Part shown: in pieces, positions 13,201 through 26,112 of the stretch | Layout of the letters: each line of letters begins with the position of its first letter | Numbering within the stretch: the first letter of the stretch is position 1 | Source: Nymphaea colorata | Taxonomy: Eukaryota | Length of the DNA stretch: 64,000 bases | Direction: 5' to 3' | NCBI RefSeq assembly: GCF_008831285.2 | Contig: NC_045138.2 | Coordinates: forward strand, 18,972,001-19,036,000 | Program-made: the position numbers and the translations under genes | The notes under the pieces: model-generated | What the model saw: the letters and a program-made list of their open reading frames with translations, nothing else | The model's database searches: none | What the model was told of the DNA's origin: nothing

Positions 13201-14417
13201 TCAACTGACATAGGCTTATATGACTAATGGTAGTTGCTTCATGATGTACATATGAAGTATATGTCATGAGAATCTTAATGAACCAAGTGGAAACACTAGT
13301 GATGATAGTGACTAATTAGGGTTCTCAAGCATGTCATGTCTAGTTAAAGGGAAATAAATTGAAACCCTAATCTCTCTCTCTCTCCCCCCGCCCACCTCCC
13401 CTTAGTCATCGCAAGAGAGGGGGAGAGAAAGAGATGTTGGGCTTCAAAGCAAGGTACAGCACCGGTAACCGGTGGAAGCAATCTAATAATTTATTTAATA
13501 ATTTGTTCGTTGATGTTTTTTTGATCGGGAGCATAATCTCCCAGCAGCTTGCATGGCAAACCGGTTTGCTGTTCCAAACAAACTTGATTTCCTCTTATTA
13601 GTTTCATTCAACAATTGTCTTCGCGCATTAGTGTCCTTTGCTTGGATGGAGCAGTTTTGTAAGAGAAGGCATCCGCGAATGCAGGTAGTTTGTATAGGCG
13701 ATTCCTACCCACCCGCTCATGATTCTAGTGAATATCCCTTGCAGGCTTCAAGCATTTCACATAAAACCTTTATTTATATATAGCTATCAAATATGTCTCC
13801 AAATTCATGCCAATAAGCATCTACTTATCATATTGGTTCTCATTTTATTTTGTCAAACAGTGGATAGGAAAAACAAGACATGTAGAATGGACTGCATACG
13901 AACAAAAACTGAACGAAACAAATAAAATAATAAGAAAGAAAAACAAGCAGAACAGACATCACAAGATACAAGCATACCAGAAATAAATGTCTCACAAGAT
14001 GGATAAATAGATAAAATATAAATAGGCATCGTGTTTTGTTCTTAAAACTATCAAACTAATGACAAAAAACACTAATAACAGGACAAATGGGACAAAGGTG
14101 TGGTGGGCAGAACGTCATGTCCGTTCCAACCTAATTGAAGTCAAAAGCATATATCAGTCAATACCAAGATGGTCATGCCTGTGACTTCATGCGAATGTCT
14201 TCGTTTAAGAGTGCCCTTTAGTGTGTGTGTGTTGTATTACTTCGATTTAACATCCATGGATCTTAGTACACCAGAGAGCTCTCCATCTCCCTCCATCTAA
14301 TTTCGTGTTGGTGGTAGCTCTGGGTAGTATCTCCACTACCCACCAAACCTTTGTTCCACCTTTGACTACCAATAAATCTCTCACTCTCTCTTTCTCTCGC
14401 TCGCTGTGCCCAAGAGG

Positions 14418-14966
14418 ATGGCAGAGGAGGAAGGCACCGGAGAGCTCTCCATCACCGGAGAGCTCTCCATCTCCCTCCGCCCCTTCGAAATCGACGACGC
14501 CGACAACGTCATGGCGTGGAAGGGAGACCCTCGCGTGGCGGCATTATGCCGGTGGGGCACTTACACCTCCCGCGACGAGGCGGTTGCCTTCATCCAGGAC
14601 TTCGCCATCCCGCACGAGTGGGGTCGCGCCATCTCCGTGGCCGGCCGGCCGGTCGGATGCATCTCCGTCACGATCGGCAAGGATGACGCCCAGTGCCGTG
14701 GGCTGCTCAAGTACGAGCTCGCCCACCGGTGCTGGGGAAAGGGCGTGGCCACCTCCGCCGTGAGGCTTGCTGTGCAGATCGTCTTCAGGGAGTTTCCGGG
14801 TCTGGAGCGGATCGAGGCGATGGTTGCCCCCGAAAATAAAGGGTCCATGAAGGTTTTGGAGAAATGTGGATTCCTTAGAGAGGTGATCCTCAGAAAATAT
14901 GTGGTTGGGAAAGGCAGGCTTTGGGATGTGGCCCTCTTTAGTATTCTTTCACAAGACCTCACTTAA
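14418..14966 (+). CDS. GNAT family N-acetyltransferase (RimJ/RimL, Acetyltransf_3-like), copy 3, 182 aa, intronless
   Basis: Open frame with ISLRPF..DADN, WGKGVATSAV (acetyl-CoA binding motif A) and N.GS.KVLEKCGF.RE (motif B). 18-bp tandem duplication gives TGELSI twice. Confidence 0.92.
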   Translation: MAEEEGTGELSITGELSISLRPFEIDDADNVMAWKGDPRVAALCRWGTYTSRDEAVAFIQDFAIPHEWGRAISVAGRPVGCISVTIGKDDAQCRGLLKYELAHRCWGKGVATSAVRLAVQIVFREFPGLERIEAMVAPENKGSMKVLEKCGFLREVILRKYVVGKGRLWDVALFSILSQDLT

Positions 14967-17342
14967 ACCTTCCGGATTTGATCTTGGATCCCACACCATT
15001 ATGGGCAACCATGCTTGTTCCGGGACCTGAATCGCTTACATTAACAGAAACATGGCAAGTGATAAGTGGTTCCCGTTGTGCCTTTCAACCTCACCCTTAC
15101 CTTCAATCGCTTTAATTTCCAAGTTGGGTTGTTCTTGTTGACTAGACGCGAGAGGATGAACCTCACAAATCTGGGAATCCATGTTGATTTCGCGATTCAA
15201 ATTCCACATGGGTCTCCCTATTTCAACTTCTCATAGAGGCTTCTCTAATCAAGTGCTCAGATATTGAACATGGATAAATCTAGTTTCCCTCTTAATTTTT
15301 CAAGTTTTCGCACCATATCTCGCTAAAGTTAAATATATGGTCAGGTCGTATGCGTACCTATGTATTCACAGCTCACATTAAAGAACTATCAAGATGAATT
15401 TTGTGAGAAGGGCGATTAATATGAGCAACAATCTACAAATAATCTCCCCTCAGAAAAATAGTTGAAAGATGGTTGTGTCGTCGTGGATCTAATTGCTCTC
15501 TTTGTTAATGTAATGTTATGTGTTTCTTTTCTTTGGTGGCAGCGTCATACGGATGGTTATTTGTCTATTCAAGACATTTTTTTATAAGTTTTTGATTTGC
15601 TCTAACAAGTATATGCTTCCCACCTTGATTGGTTCTTTGGGGTAGCTGAGAGGGAACCCGTACGACCATTTGTTATCCCATTAAGAAAGCGTTTTCGTAA
15701 GCGCTTAGAAATTTTTATATGGCCTAAGGAAGCACTCAAACTAGGGATGCCAACGGGCAATATTTGAATCGGATGCATCCTTCACTATATCAAATTTATC
15801 TGTTGGACGTTTACATATTTATGTTTAAATTTGGATTCGAATGAGAAAAACATATACAACATATCTGAATACAACCTTTAAATTTCAAATCCAAATCCAA
15901 TATGAATCGGACTTTTAAATTCACATTTGAAATTGAGTTCGAATTTTAACCCAATCCAATTGCACTATGTTATCTTACAAACTGTCGTTCAAAACATATG
16001 GACATTGGATATAAAGGTGGGCATCGGGCTGAGCCGGCTTGATAACCCGGGCCTCATTTTTACAGCTCAGCTGGGGTAGATTTATTTTTTTAATTAATAT
16101 ATATTATATATTTACAAATGAGAATATATTAAATTATAATTAAAATTAATTTTAAAAAAAAGCCAGCCCATGGCCATTTTATTCTAAGCGCCTCATACTT
16201 AGAATGAAAAGATCTGTTCCAACATGATTAACAGTTGTCTGTTTAGAAATGTGATGTATGGTTAAATTTTGTACTCATAACCAAATAGAAGGCCCATTTC
16301 AAGATCCCAGAGTGTCAAATTTCTGCATTGTAAATAGTGACATGAAAATTGAAGTATTAGTGAGTAAGCCTGGGCATTGCCCCGGTCCAACACCTGAAAA
16401 TCGAGTCATGGCCCAGTTAAAATAAAATAAAAAAAATTATATTTTATTTGAGAATATGATTTGGTGGATGACAAGATCTGCTCTTCCATTAGATCCTGGA
16501 TCTGCATCGGTTCCCATCGGATTTGGTTTAGTAGTTCATGACTTGATATTGGACACTTGGATTCACCCTTGCCTCCAAGTAGACTCTTGAACAATTGAAG
16601 TATCTCCATTTAAGAGCAAATTAGCAATTCCAACGAAATTAATCACAAATCAGACGGACCAAATTGTCGGCATAATGTTTGTGTCTAACGTATGAACTGC
16701 TGTGAAAGTCTCCTCTAGCTAGTTAATTGCCATTTCATACATGCATAGATTGCCGAGAGATTCGACTACACATGCACAAGCATATGCATGCAGACATGAA
16801 CATGCGTGCTTATAAGCTCACATTTTCGCACTTCAATGCATGAAAACAATACAATGTTTTTTAATGAAAATAAGAGCGATTATGCCTTTTCATTCTTGAA
16901 TTTCTAAATTCATGATGTAATGTGAACATCAAAAAGGTCATGATCTCACAAGCTATCCCAAGACCTCTCTGAGTTCCAAGGATACTTTTCTTGAATATAC
17001 TTCGCAGTAGATCATAATCTACAGTCATACATGGCTGCGTTCTACAGAACGGAAAATGTTGCATCTCAAAAATGCAAAAGCAGAGCAGTCAGCAGTCAGC
17101 AGCGGTAAAGCCCTTCACTTGTGTGTTTACGCAACTAAGGACTTCTTGGCAAGCAACTATAAACAGAAAAGGAAAAACTGAACATCTGATTACTGTTTAA
17201 ATTTGAAACACCCTATTCAGATCTAACTTTTTAAGTCAAAGTTGGCCGGCGTCTAATTTCGTGTTCCACTACCCACCAAACCTTTGCTCCACGCCATTAA
17301 ATCTCACGCTCTCTCTTCCTCTCGCTCGCTGTATCCAAGAGG

Positions 17343-17876
17343 ATGGCAGAGGAGGAAGGCACCGGAGAGCTCCCCTTCTCCCTCCGCCCCTTCAAAATCG
17401 AGGACGCCGACGACGTCATGGCGTGGAAGGGAGACCCTCGCGTGGCGGCATTCTGCCGGTGGGACGCTTACACCTCCCGCGACGAGGCGGTTGCCTTCAT
17501 CCAGGACTTCGCCATCCCCCACGAGTGGTGCCGCGCCATCTGCGTCGCCGGCCGGCCGGTCGGATGCATCTCCGTCACGATCGGTAAGGATCATGCCCGG
17601 TGCCGTGGGCTGCTCAAGTACGAGCTCGCCCACAGCTGCTGGGGGAAGGGCGTGGCCACCTCCGCCGTGAGGCTGGCTGTTCCGGCCGTCTTTCGGGAAT
17701 TTCCGGGTCTGGAGCGCGTCGAGGCGACGGTCGTCCCGGAAAATAAGCCATCGATCAGGGTATTGGAGAAATGTGGATTTCTCAGGGAGGGGATCCTCAG
17801 AAGGTACGTGGTTGGAAAAGGCAGGCTCTTAGATTTGGTCATGTTTAGTGTTCTTTCTGAAGAAATTCAACCATGA
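17343..17876 (+). CDS. GNAT family N-acetyltransferase (RimJ/RimL-like), copy 4, 177 aa, intronless
   Basis: Complete ORF with SLRPF, CRAIC..GRPVG.ISV, WGKGVAT and N.PSIRVLEKCGFLREG motifs typical of this plant GNAT subfamily. Confidence 0.95.
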   Translation: MAEEEGTGELPFSLRPFKIEDADDVMAWKGDPRVAAFCRWDAYTSRDEAVAFIQDFAIPHEWCRAICVAGRPVGCISVTIGKDHARCRGLLKYELAHSCWGKGVATSAVRLAVPAVFREFPGLERVEATVVPENKPSIRVLEKCGFLREGILRRYVVGKGRLLDLVMFSVLSEEIQP

Positions 17877-20800
17877 CCAACCTCACATAAACCTTCAGGA
17901 TTTGATCTTGGATCCCACACCATTATGGGCAACCTTGCTTGTTACGGAACCTGAATCGCCTTTTTTTTTCCTTTCCCTTTTCTTTTTTAGACCAACCGAC
18001 TATGTATGACATGCCTCGTTCTGGTTGTTTGTCTGTGTAAAATAATCTGTTAATTCACATTTGTGGCATAGACACTTTGAGTTTCTTTGAAGCTTTCTAC
18101 CAGCGCAGGTAACCACTTAATTCTCTGGATCTTCCATGAACTGACCAAATCTTCTTGGCTGTCGTGTGTATTCAAGAGAAATTTGTAGAATGAGAAGCCC
18201 ATGAGCTTTTTCTTCCCAGTTCTTTTTTCATCTATTATTCAGTACTTTAGATTATGATTTAAGTCCTTAAAGGGGTTGAAGTAAATGGGGTGGGGTTGGT
18301 GGGCGGTTTGAATTACTGTTGTACTGTAAAAGGAAGACTGCAAATGCCCATGTCAAAGCGTGGTAGGGGCTGCAACGCGAGAGGAGTTGGCTGGGCAGTA
18401 GGATGAACTTCTACTCACCCAAAGGAGGAGATTTTGACTGTAGATTTTGCTCCATTGTAGTTTTTTCACAGATGGCAGCCATAATCTAGATACTTGTGAG
18501 ACTTCCAGCTTATCATTAGATTTTAACAGAAGTCATATCGTTTTTTAAGTCCACAATTAATCTTAAATCAAAGTCAAACTGTTATTTGGCTGAACTTAAC
18601 AGTTTTCGAGGCTGGCAATCCGGCGTTCTTCCTGGAGTTTTTAATTCCATAGCATCTTGTTTTCTTGATATTACTTTGGTGGCAAGATCAGGGTAAGAAG
18701 ATGCTTCCCATATTGAATTCCCATCTGTGTGTCAAACTTGGCTTCCAACGCAACTGACCACTTCGTTCTCCACATTGATAATATTACTGATTCCAAGTTG
18801 CTCCACTTGAAAATTGAAAGGGCGCCTGCAGCATTTCATGGTGTGGAAACTGGGTCTTATAGGAAACATGGCAAGTGAGAAGTGATTCCCATTATGCCTT
18901 CCAACCTCACACTGGCCTTCAATCACTTTAATTTCCATGTTGGGTTGTTCTTGTTGACTAGTCGGGAGAGGATGAACCTCACAAATCTGGGAATCCATGT
19001 TGATTTCACGATCCAAATTCCACATAGGTATCTCTATTTGAACTTCTCATGGATGCCGCATGGATCATGGAGAATTTATTTAATTGGTTTTCTCTGATCA
19101 AGTGCTCAGATATTGGACTTGGATAAATCTAGTTTCCCCCTTGTTTTTTCAAGTTTTCGCACCAAATCTGGCTATAGTTAAATATATGGTTAGGTCGCAT
19201 GCGTACCTATGCATTCACAGCTCACATTAAAGAACTGTCATGATGAATTTTGTGAGAAAGGCGATTAATATCAGCAACAATCTATCTCCCCTCAGAAAGA
19301 TACTAGGAAGATGCTTGTGTCGTCGTGGATCTAATTGATGTCTCTGTTAATGTAATGTCATGTGTTTCTTTTTTTCTTTTTTTTGTTGGTGGCAATGTCA
19401 TAATGGTGGTTATTTGTTTATTCAAGACATTTTTTAAAAGTTTTTGAATTGCTCTAACAAGTATATACGTCCCACCTTTGGTTGATTCTTTTGAGAAAGC
19501 TGAGAGGGAACCCTACCACCATTTGCTATCCTATTAGGAAAGCGTTGTCATTAACGCTTAGAAATTTAATTTGGCCTAAGGTAGCACTTTCCCTGATCAA
19601 GTTTGGAACTGGGGATGCGAACGTGCAATATTTGAATCGGACGCATCCTTCTCCATATCCAACTTATCTATATATCCAACTTATCTATCGGACGTTTACA
19701 TATTTATGCTTCAATTTGGATTCGAATGAGATAAATATATATAATATATCTGGCTTGACGCCCACCCTTAATTGGATGTCGAAAAGCCTTGTTGTCCATA
19801 TTGATGCTTATTGTCGGTTCGAACCCGAACACGAATTTTAATCGGACTACATGTCATATATATATATATATATGCTGAAGCAGGGTTTTAAATACCAAGT
19901 CTGAACCCAGCCGAAGGACATCTGTAATTGAAACTCATCCATTCCGCTTTCCACATGGAGAAGACCATGAACCACCATCCTAATTGGGAAGTTGTAAGAG
20001 GGTTTGGTAATAGGAATACTTCATAATTTGGAACATAAGGTTTCTTGTTGCCACGGGTGGAGTCAGGGAGGATTCGGCAGGAGCCATGGCTTTCCTTCAA
20101 TTTTTTTTTTTTTAAATTACTCATATAACAAAGTTATGAAGACACCAAAACAAGTAGGTATTTAGGAAACAAGTTTTTTTTTTTTTTGAAAATCACTCTG
20201 TCGAGCAGTAATATTCCTAACTTAAAGCTATATGACACCAAAACATGTAGGTATTTAGCAAGAATCATCTTTCGTTGAATCTAACAAAGTTTAAATTTGT
20301 CTTTCGTGTCAAAAGAAAAAAGGCATGATGTGCATATAAAATCAATTACACAGGTCATGTAATTGCTATTTTGATAGATTTCACCAATTGATAACAACCC
20401 AGTTTGGAATGAAGGGCATCAAGTTGAAGGTGGTCAAGGTTTCAACACCAAGAGTAAATACCAGGGATATCTGATTAAGCGCCTCGTACTTAGAATGAAA
20501 AGATCTGTTCCAAGATGACTATGTCTCTTCCAAAAAAATATTCACGGGCAGTTGTCTGGTTAAATGTTGTACTCATAACCAAATGGAAGGCCCGTCTCTG
20601 TTTCAAGCTCCCGAACCCGAAGTGTTAAATGTCTGCATCGTAAATGGGAGAGTGACATGCAAATTGAAGTGTAGTGGGTAGGCCTGGGCATCAGTCCGGC
20701 CGGGCCTGACACCCGAAAATCGAGTATGGACCTGACCTGATACCTGACATCCGAGTCCTGACCCAGTTAAAATAAAAAATTATTTTATTTGAGAATATGA

Positions 20801-23800
20801 TCAAGATCTGTTCTTCCAGCGGATCCTGGATCTGCATCGGTTCAAATTGGATTTGGTTTGCTAGTTTATGACTTGATGTTGGACACTTGGATTCACCCTG
20901 CATTCACCCTTGCCTCCATGTAGAGTCTTGAACAATTGAAGTATGTCCAGTTACGAGCAAATTAGCAATTCCAAGGAAGTTAATATCAGACAGACCAAAT
21001 TATCCGCATAATGTTGGCATCTAACGTATGAACTGCTGTGAAAGTCTCCTCTAGCTAGTTAATTGCCATTTCTTACATGCATAGATTGCCGAGAGATTCC
21101 ACTACACGTGCACAAGCACATGCATGCAGACATGAACATGCGTGCTTGTAAGCTCACATTTTCGCATTTCAATGCACACAAAAGATGAAAACAGTGCAAT
21201 TTTTTAATGAAAATAAGAGCAAGGTCATGATCTCTCAAGATTTCCGTGTCTTGCAAATATTTTTCTTTCTTGACAGTCGATCATAATCTATCCCAAGACT
21301 TCTCTGACTTCCAAGGATACTTTTCTTTAATGTACTTGGCAGTAGATCATAATCTACACAGTCATACATGGCTGCGTTCTACAGAACGGAAAATGTGGCA
21401 TCTCAAAAATGCATAAGCAGGACAGACAGCAGTCAGCAGAGGTAAAGCCCCTCACTTGTGTGTTTATGCAACAAGGACTTCTTGGCAAGCCACTATAAAC
21501 AGGAAAGGAAAAACTGAACATTTAGAAATTAAGAAATTATCTATCAGAATAAAGCTTTACCATACACCTCTAACGCATGTTATCCACTTGTTTTTGCACC
21601 ATATACATGTATTAGAAGAATGCCTTAGCACCTTTTACATCTATAATATATATTTTCAAATTGTCTGTGGATCACATACAATATACTTCAGAGCTTTGTG
21701 CGCGTCACTTTCCTGGCCAGAAATTTCAGCATTTCATGTGTGCCACCGTTTCATTCCTTCTCTTCCCTGTGTGTAGTGAACTTGAGATTATAAGCATCTC
21801 CTCCCCTTTACACATACAGTTGTTACTTAACCAAACGTTGGATGCCATTAGATTACATTTTCTACTCCCGTATGGCTCCATGGCATCCCATTAAAGCCAC
21901 TGAAACTTTTATATGGCTGTTCAAGTCACAGGTTAACGTCAACATGTCATGGGAAACTCCCAATGGAAAAGAAGAAGGCATCTACAAAGTAAGGGCCCCA
22001 TCTGAAATATTGATAACTAATGTTCTTTCTTGAGTAATTGATGGGTGACGAAGCTTTGCATGCATGTAAAGAACCAAAAAGTAACAAAGTGAGCACATAA
22101 AAAGAGGAAGAAGGAAAGAAAAGCACTATCTACATAATTATCTACTATCATAGATCTTCAAAATAAGAAAGCCATTTCCACTACTAGGTGGACTCTAAAG
22201 AGTAAACAGACAAAATTTAACTGGACGCTGGACCAATCAAAGCATATATTGTATGCATGGCCTAAGAAAACTTGACATGAATTTGCCTTTTTCCTTCATA
22301 GATTTAAAAAGCGGACAGAAACTTATCTTTTCTTTCATAGAAATAAGAAAGTGGACAAACGTTTACCCTTTTTTCACCCATGGCATCTCACACTGCATTT
22401 AAAACTTACCCATATCTTGTTGATCACTGGTAAGGTTTTGTCCAAACAACTACTTGCAGAGGGTTTCCAACAACGAACGCATTCATCATCTTCTCCCGAT
22501 CAAACCAATAGATGAGGACACCCAACTAAATACAAAGCCAACTTGAGGTCTGACACATGAGCAATTGAGTAATATTCCATAATGGCAGACATCGACGCCA
22601 ATCGAGCAACCGGCACACAGAAATAAAGACGTAAAACTGCTAACTAAATTAGGGCGGATGTCTAGATCAAAAGAAAAGTGTTCAACACTCAACTGACATC
22701 GGCTTATATGACTAATGGTAGTTGCTTCATAATGTAGATATGAAGTATATTTCATGGAAATGTTAATGAACCAAGTAGAAACACTAGTGATGATAGTGAC
22801 TAATTGGGGTTCTCATGCATGTCATGTCCAGTTAAAGGGAAATAGATTATTAGAAGCACACAAATGAAATGACCCCAGTAGGATATAGAACTTGTCATAT
22901 TTGAGAGAAAGGACATAACTGTGACATTCCTTTTAGAGACTCCAATGCAAAGCAACTTCTCCATCTCCTGTTTGGATTTCCAGAGCAGTAAGGTGCTTCA
23001 GATAAGGCAAAGAATGGAAGCCGAAGCCCATGTGACTGCAAGCTTTAAGAAGCTTACTTTTGAAAGAGGTGGCATATGGGACCATAGCCAAAGGAAATTA
23101 TTTGATATATTTGCAAAAACAAAATGGGTAGTTGATTGTTGGATTTAAATCTTATTCTTGCTTCCTTTCTTTGATGTTCATGCAAGGCAAATGATGTAGA
23201 CCCTGATAGCCATGGTCAAGTTGTCTCAGATACAACCTCCTTTGCTAGGGTTTAGATGAGTGTCTTTGGACGTATTTCCAGCAGCTATCAAATGCCCAAT
23301 ATTATGTCTAGCCTCATATTTTCTGTCTTATTGCATGAACCTCCTATACTTTCAAGAAATTGCTCAGACAATCGGATTGAGTTCTTGTACCAGTAGTAGT
23401 GTGGTACCACACAACTTTACTCAACTTTATGTAATGAAACTCTGACCTTATTAAGCACTAGATGATGGACAGCGGCATCTTTAAGTCTCTATTTTCCAAC
23501 AGTTCTTTATATACAACTGATGCATGTCCGATTTCTTATAGCGAGGTGCATCGTCTTCAATTGCGTAGAGTAAAAGCTGTTAAACGCAAATTGCATATGT
23601 ATCGGCGTGCCTTATATGGAAATTGTTCTTAGTTTGTTCCTCCAATAATTGAGAAAGATGGAGATACCACAAAACCTTCGGCTTCATTCACAAAACCCGG
23701 AGCTGATCTCACCTCCAACCTGATCAAGACCTAACCTGTCCAATCATAGAGACAAAAGTGATGCAAATGGTTTATTCGTTTTTTTGGGGATGGGAAAGCT

Positions 23801-23948
23801 GGCTAAAGTTTAGAATCTATAAATAATATTCAGTGATGCCTATTTTTCTGAACAGTGTGAAAACTTGGTTTGAAATTTTATATATATATATATATATAAT
23901 ACGAAACAGTAACTTGAATGATGTAAGATTTGATATATGTATATATAA

Positions 23949-23952
<4 letters not shown>

Positions 23953-24018
<66 letters not shown>
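23953..24018. repeat. (TA)n microsatellite
   Basis: Direct reading. Similar tracts at ~26059-26110, 29398-29440, 37648-37708, 39802-39842 and 59078-59112. Confidence 0.97.
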
Positions 24019-24020
<2 letters not shown>

Positions 24021-26058
24021 ATATAACTCATCCACATCAGACGGACTATTATTGAATAAAGTATTGGTCTTCTAGTTGGGTCTTTCGAGCTTGGGCTTTT
24101 GGGCGCAGGGCCAGCATCATGCCTTAACTATTAGCGGCGTAGCGGGGAACAACCGGCGCTTCAACTGTTTTCCAACATGAAAAGTGAATTGAGTTTTGAA
24201 ATGGTATACGTATAAGCTAGTGTATGGTGATTTCATTCTTCTCCAGTCAATCATGTAGATGACGTCTGCATCAAACTTTCAACTAGTTGCTTTGACATGA
24301 AGCAAATATTTGAAAACCATGATCTATGAAAACGATAAACCTGGTTTCCTTACTTTAGTTTCTCATGCATGCATGGTATATTCTTCAATTCGAGTGTTGC
24401 ACATATCATTATTTACGGTTCAAATTAATAATACTCATAAAAATTTAAACTAAAAACGTATTGGGACCAATAAGCTATGCTACGTCGCTCGACACCAACC
24501 ATATTCGCATGATTTCATTTATAAAAATTAACAACAAATTGATGTTTTTGGGGCTCTGTTGGACCAAATTTTGATATTTTTCTGCAAGAGTCAAACAAGG
24601 TATGGTTGCACTGAATCAAGTAAAACTTTTCATTGAATTTTAACTATGTTCCTTGCCTACTCCACATGACATGCGCAAAAACACGCACATACATGCACCC
24701 ATGCATGCACGTACAAGTTGGTCATTGAATGTGTCATGTCATAACAAGTTGGTGTGATACACTTCGCCGGTCCCACTCCGGCGGCCCCACAGCCCAGAAG
24801 GTGACGTGGCAATCAGGAAAAGAAATCAACAGGGTGGGACCCACGCTCCTCTTGTCGGTGGGGCCCATCTTATAAGCCAGCCCCACCGATGCAGACCTTC
24901 GAGGCCAACTTGTAAGAAAACAACGAGCACTATCTTCTATATGAAATGAATAAATGTGAGTAAATAGGAAACAGAAAATGAGGGCTACACATTGATGAGA
25001 GAGAGAGAGAGAGAGAGAAAAAAAAAAATCTAGAGAGAGACAGAAAGTCTCTTCGCCACAAAAATTAGAAAGAGAGAAGAGAGAGAAACTGTTCCTTACA
25101 TGGATTCCCTTGTGTATGAGCAATGTCACAAGATGAGGGTTCAAAGGGTGAAAGGCTCAATGGTTGGTGACGGGTTTTTTATGTGCTTTGAATGTGACAG
25201 GAGGAGCCCCATGTTCATGCACATTTAGCCAATCACCCCACCATGTGGAACTATAAACCTAACATTCTCTCTCTCTCATATCCCAACATGCGCATGGCGG
25301 AGCTACACCCCAGCAACAAAATTTTTATTTATTTTTATATAGATGTCATACGACTTATTCATGTACGTTGTGCCCTTTTTGAAATGAGAATTTTTACAAC
25401 AGTGCCTCGTAGCTAAAAATTTATGGTTCCGCCGCTGCGACATGCAAGTGTATTTTGTGATTCTTTCTAAAACGAATCAGCCACTCGTATTGTCCATATA
25501 AAAAATCTACTAACGGTTGAAACCCTTGTAAATAATGCCGTTTACGTCGTGTTTATATATACATATGTAAGTTGATGTAAACTTCTATTCACTGTCTCTA
25601 TATGCTTGTATGCAGTACTAAAAGGAGAAAATGCAAGACAAGGTACTGGGTACAGTAGTTACAAGCTCTAACAATTGAACGGTTCTTTCTGCTTCTTGCA
25701 CATTAATTTTATTTATATAGTATGCTTGATCAGAAGTACCTTAGCGTAAACTATTGTCTTTGAACATTTATACACATGTTAATTTTTGAAAATGTCCTAC
25801 ATAAATGACCAACATATTCTAACTTAAGGTATGCCATGTGAGCTTTTTGTGCGACAATAACAATATGCAATCAACAACATGAAAATTTAACTTTGTAAGT
25901 GATATCTTGTAAATTATCAAAGAAATTAATCATACGACATATTCTCTCTCTCTCTCTCTCATACCTAAGCCTCATGTATGTGTGTGTGTATATGTATATA
26001 CACACACACATATATACATGAGACCCTTAGATATTAGACTCTTAAGGAATTGTTTTGG

Positions 26059-26112
<54 letters not shown>

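Larger units (their letters stand above)
3332..22843. repeat. Tandem segmental duplication: four units, each a GNAT gene plus ~2.5-6 kb of shared flanking DNA
   Basis: The same non-coding blocks recur with unit-specific deletions. For example gctagttaattgccatttc...catgcatagattgccgaga is at ~5510, 11540, 16720 and 21055, and gatgaggacacccaactaaatacaaagcc is at ~7037, 13023 and 22511. Confidence 0.95.

Noticed and set aside
14305..17842. Alternative-frame and antisense ORFs over the GNAT genes
   Set aside because: Shadows of GC-rich coding sequence; their recurrence reflects the duplication only.
25961..26033. Short palindrome ctcatgtatg(tg)n...(ca)n..tacatgag
   Set aside because: Mostly complementary TG/CA microsatellite; at best a tiny MITE remnant, with no miRNA-like features.
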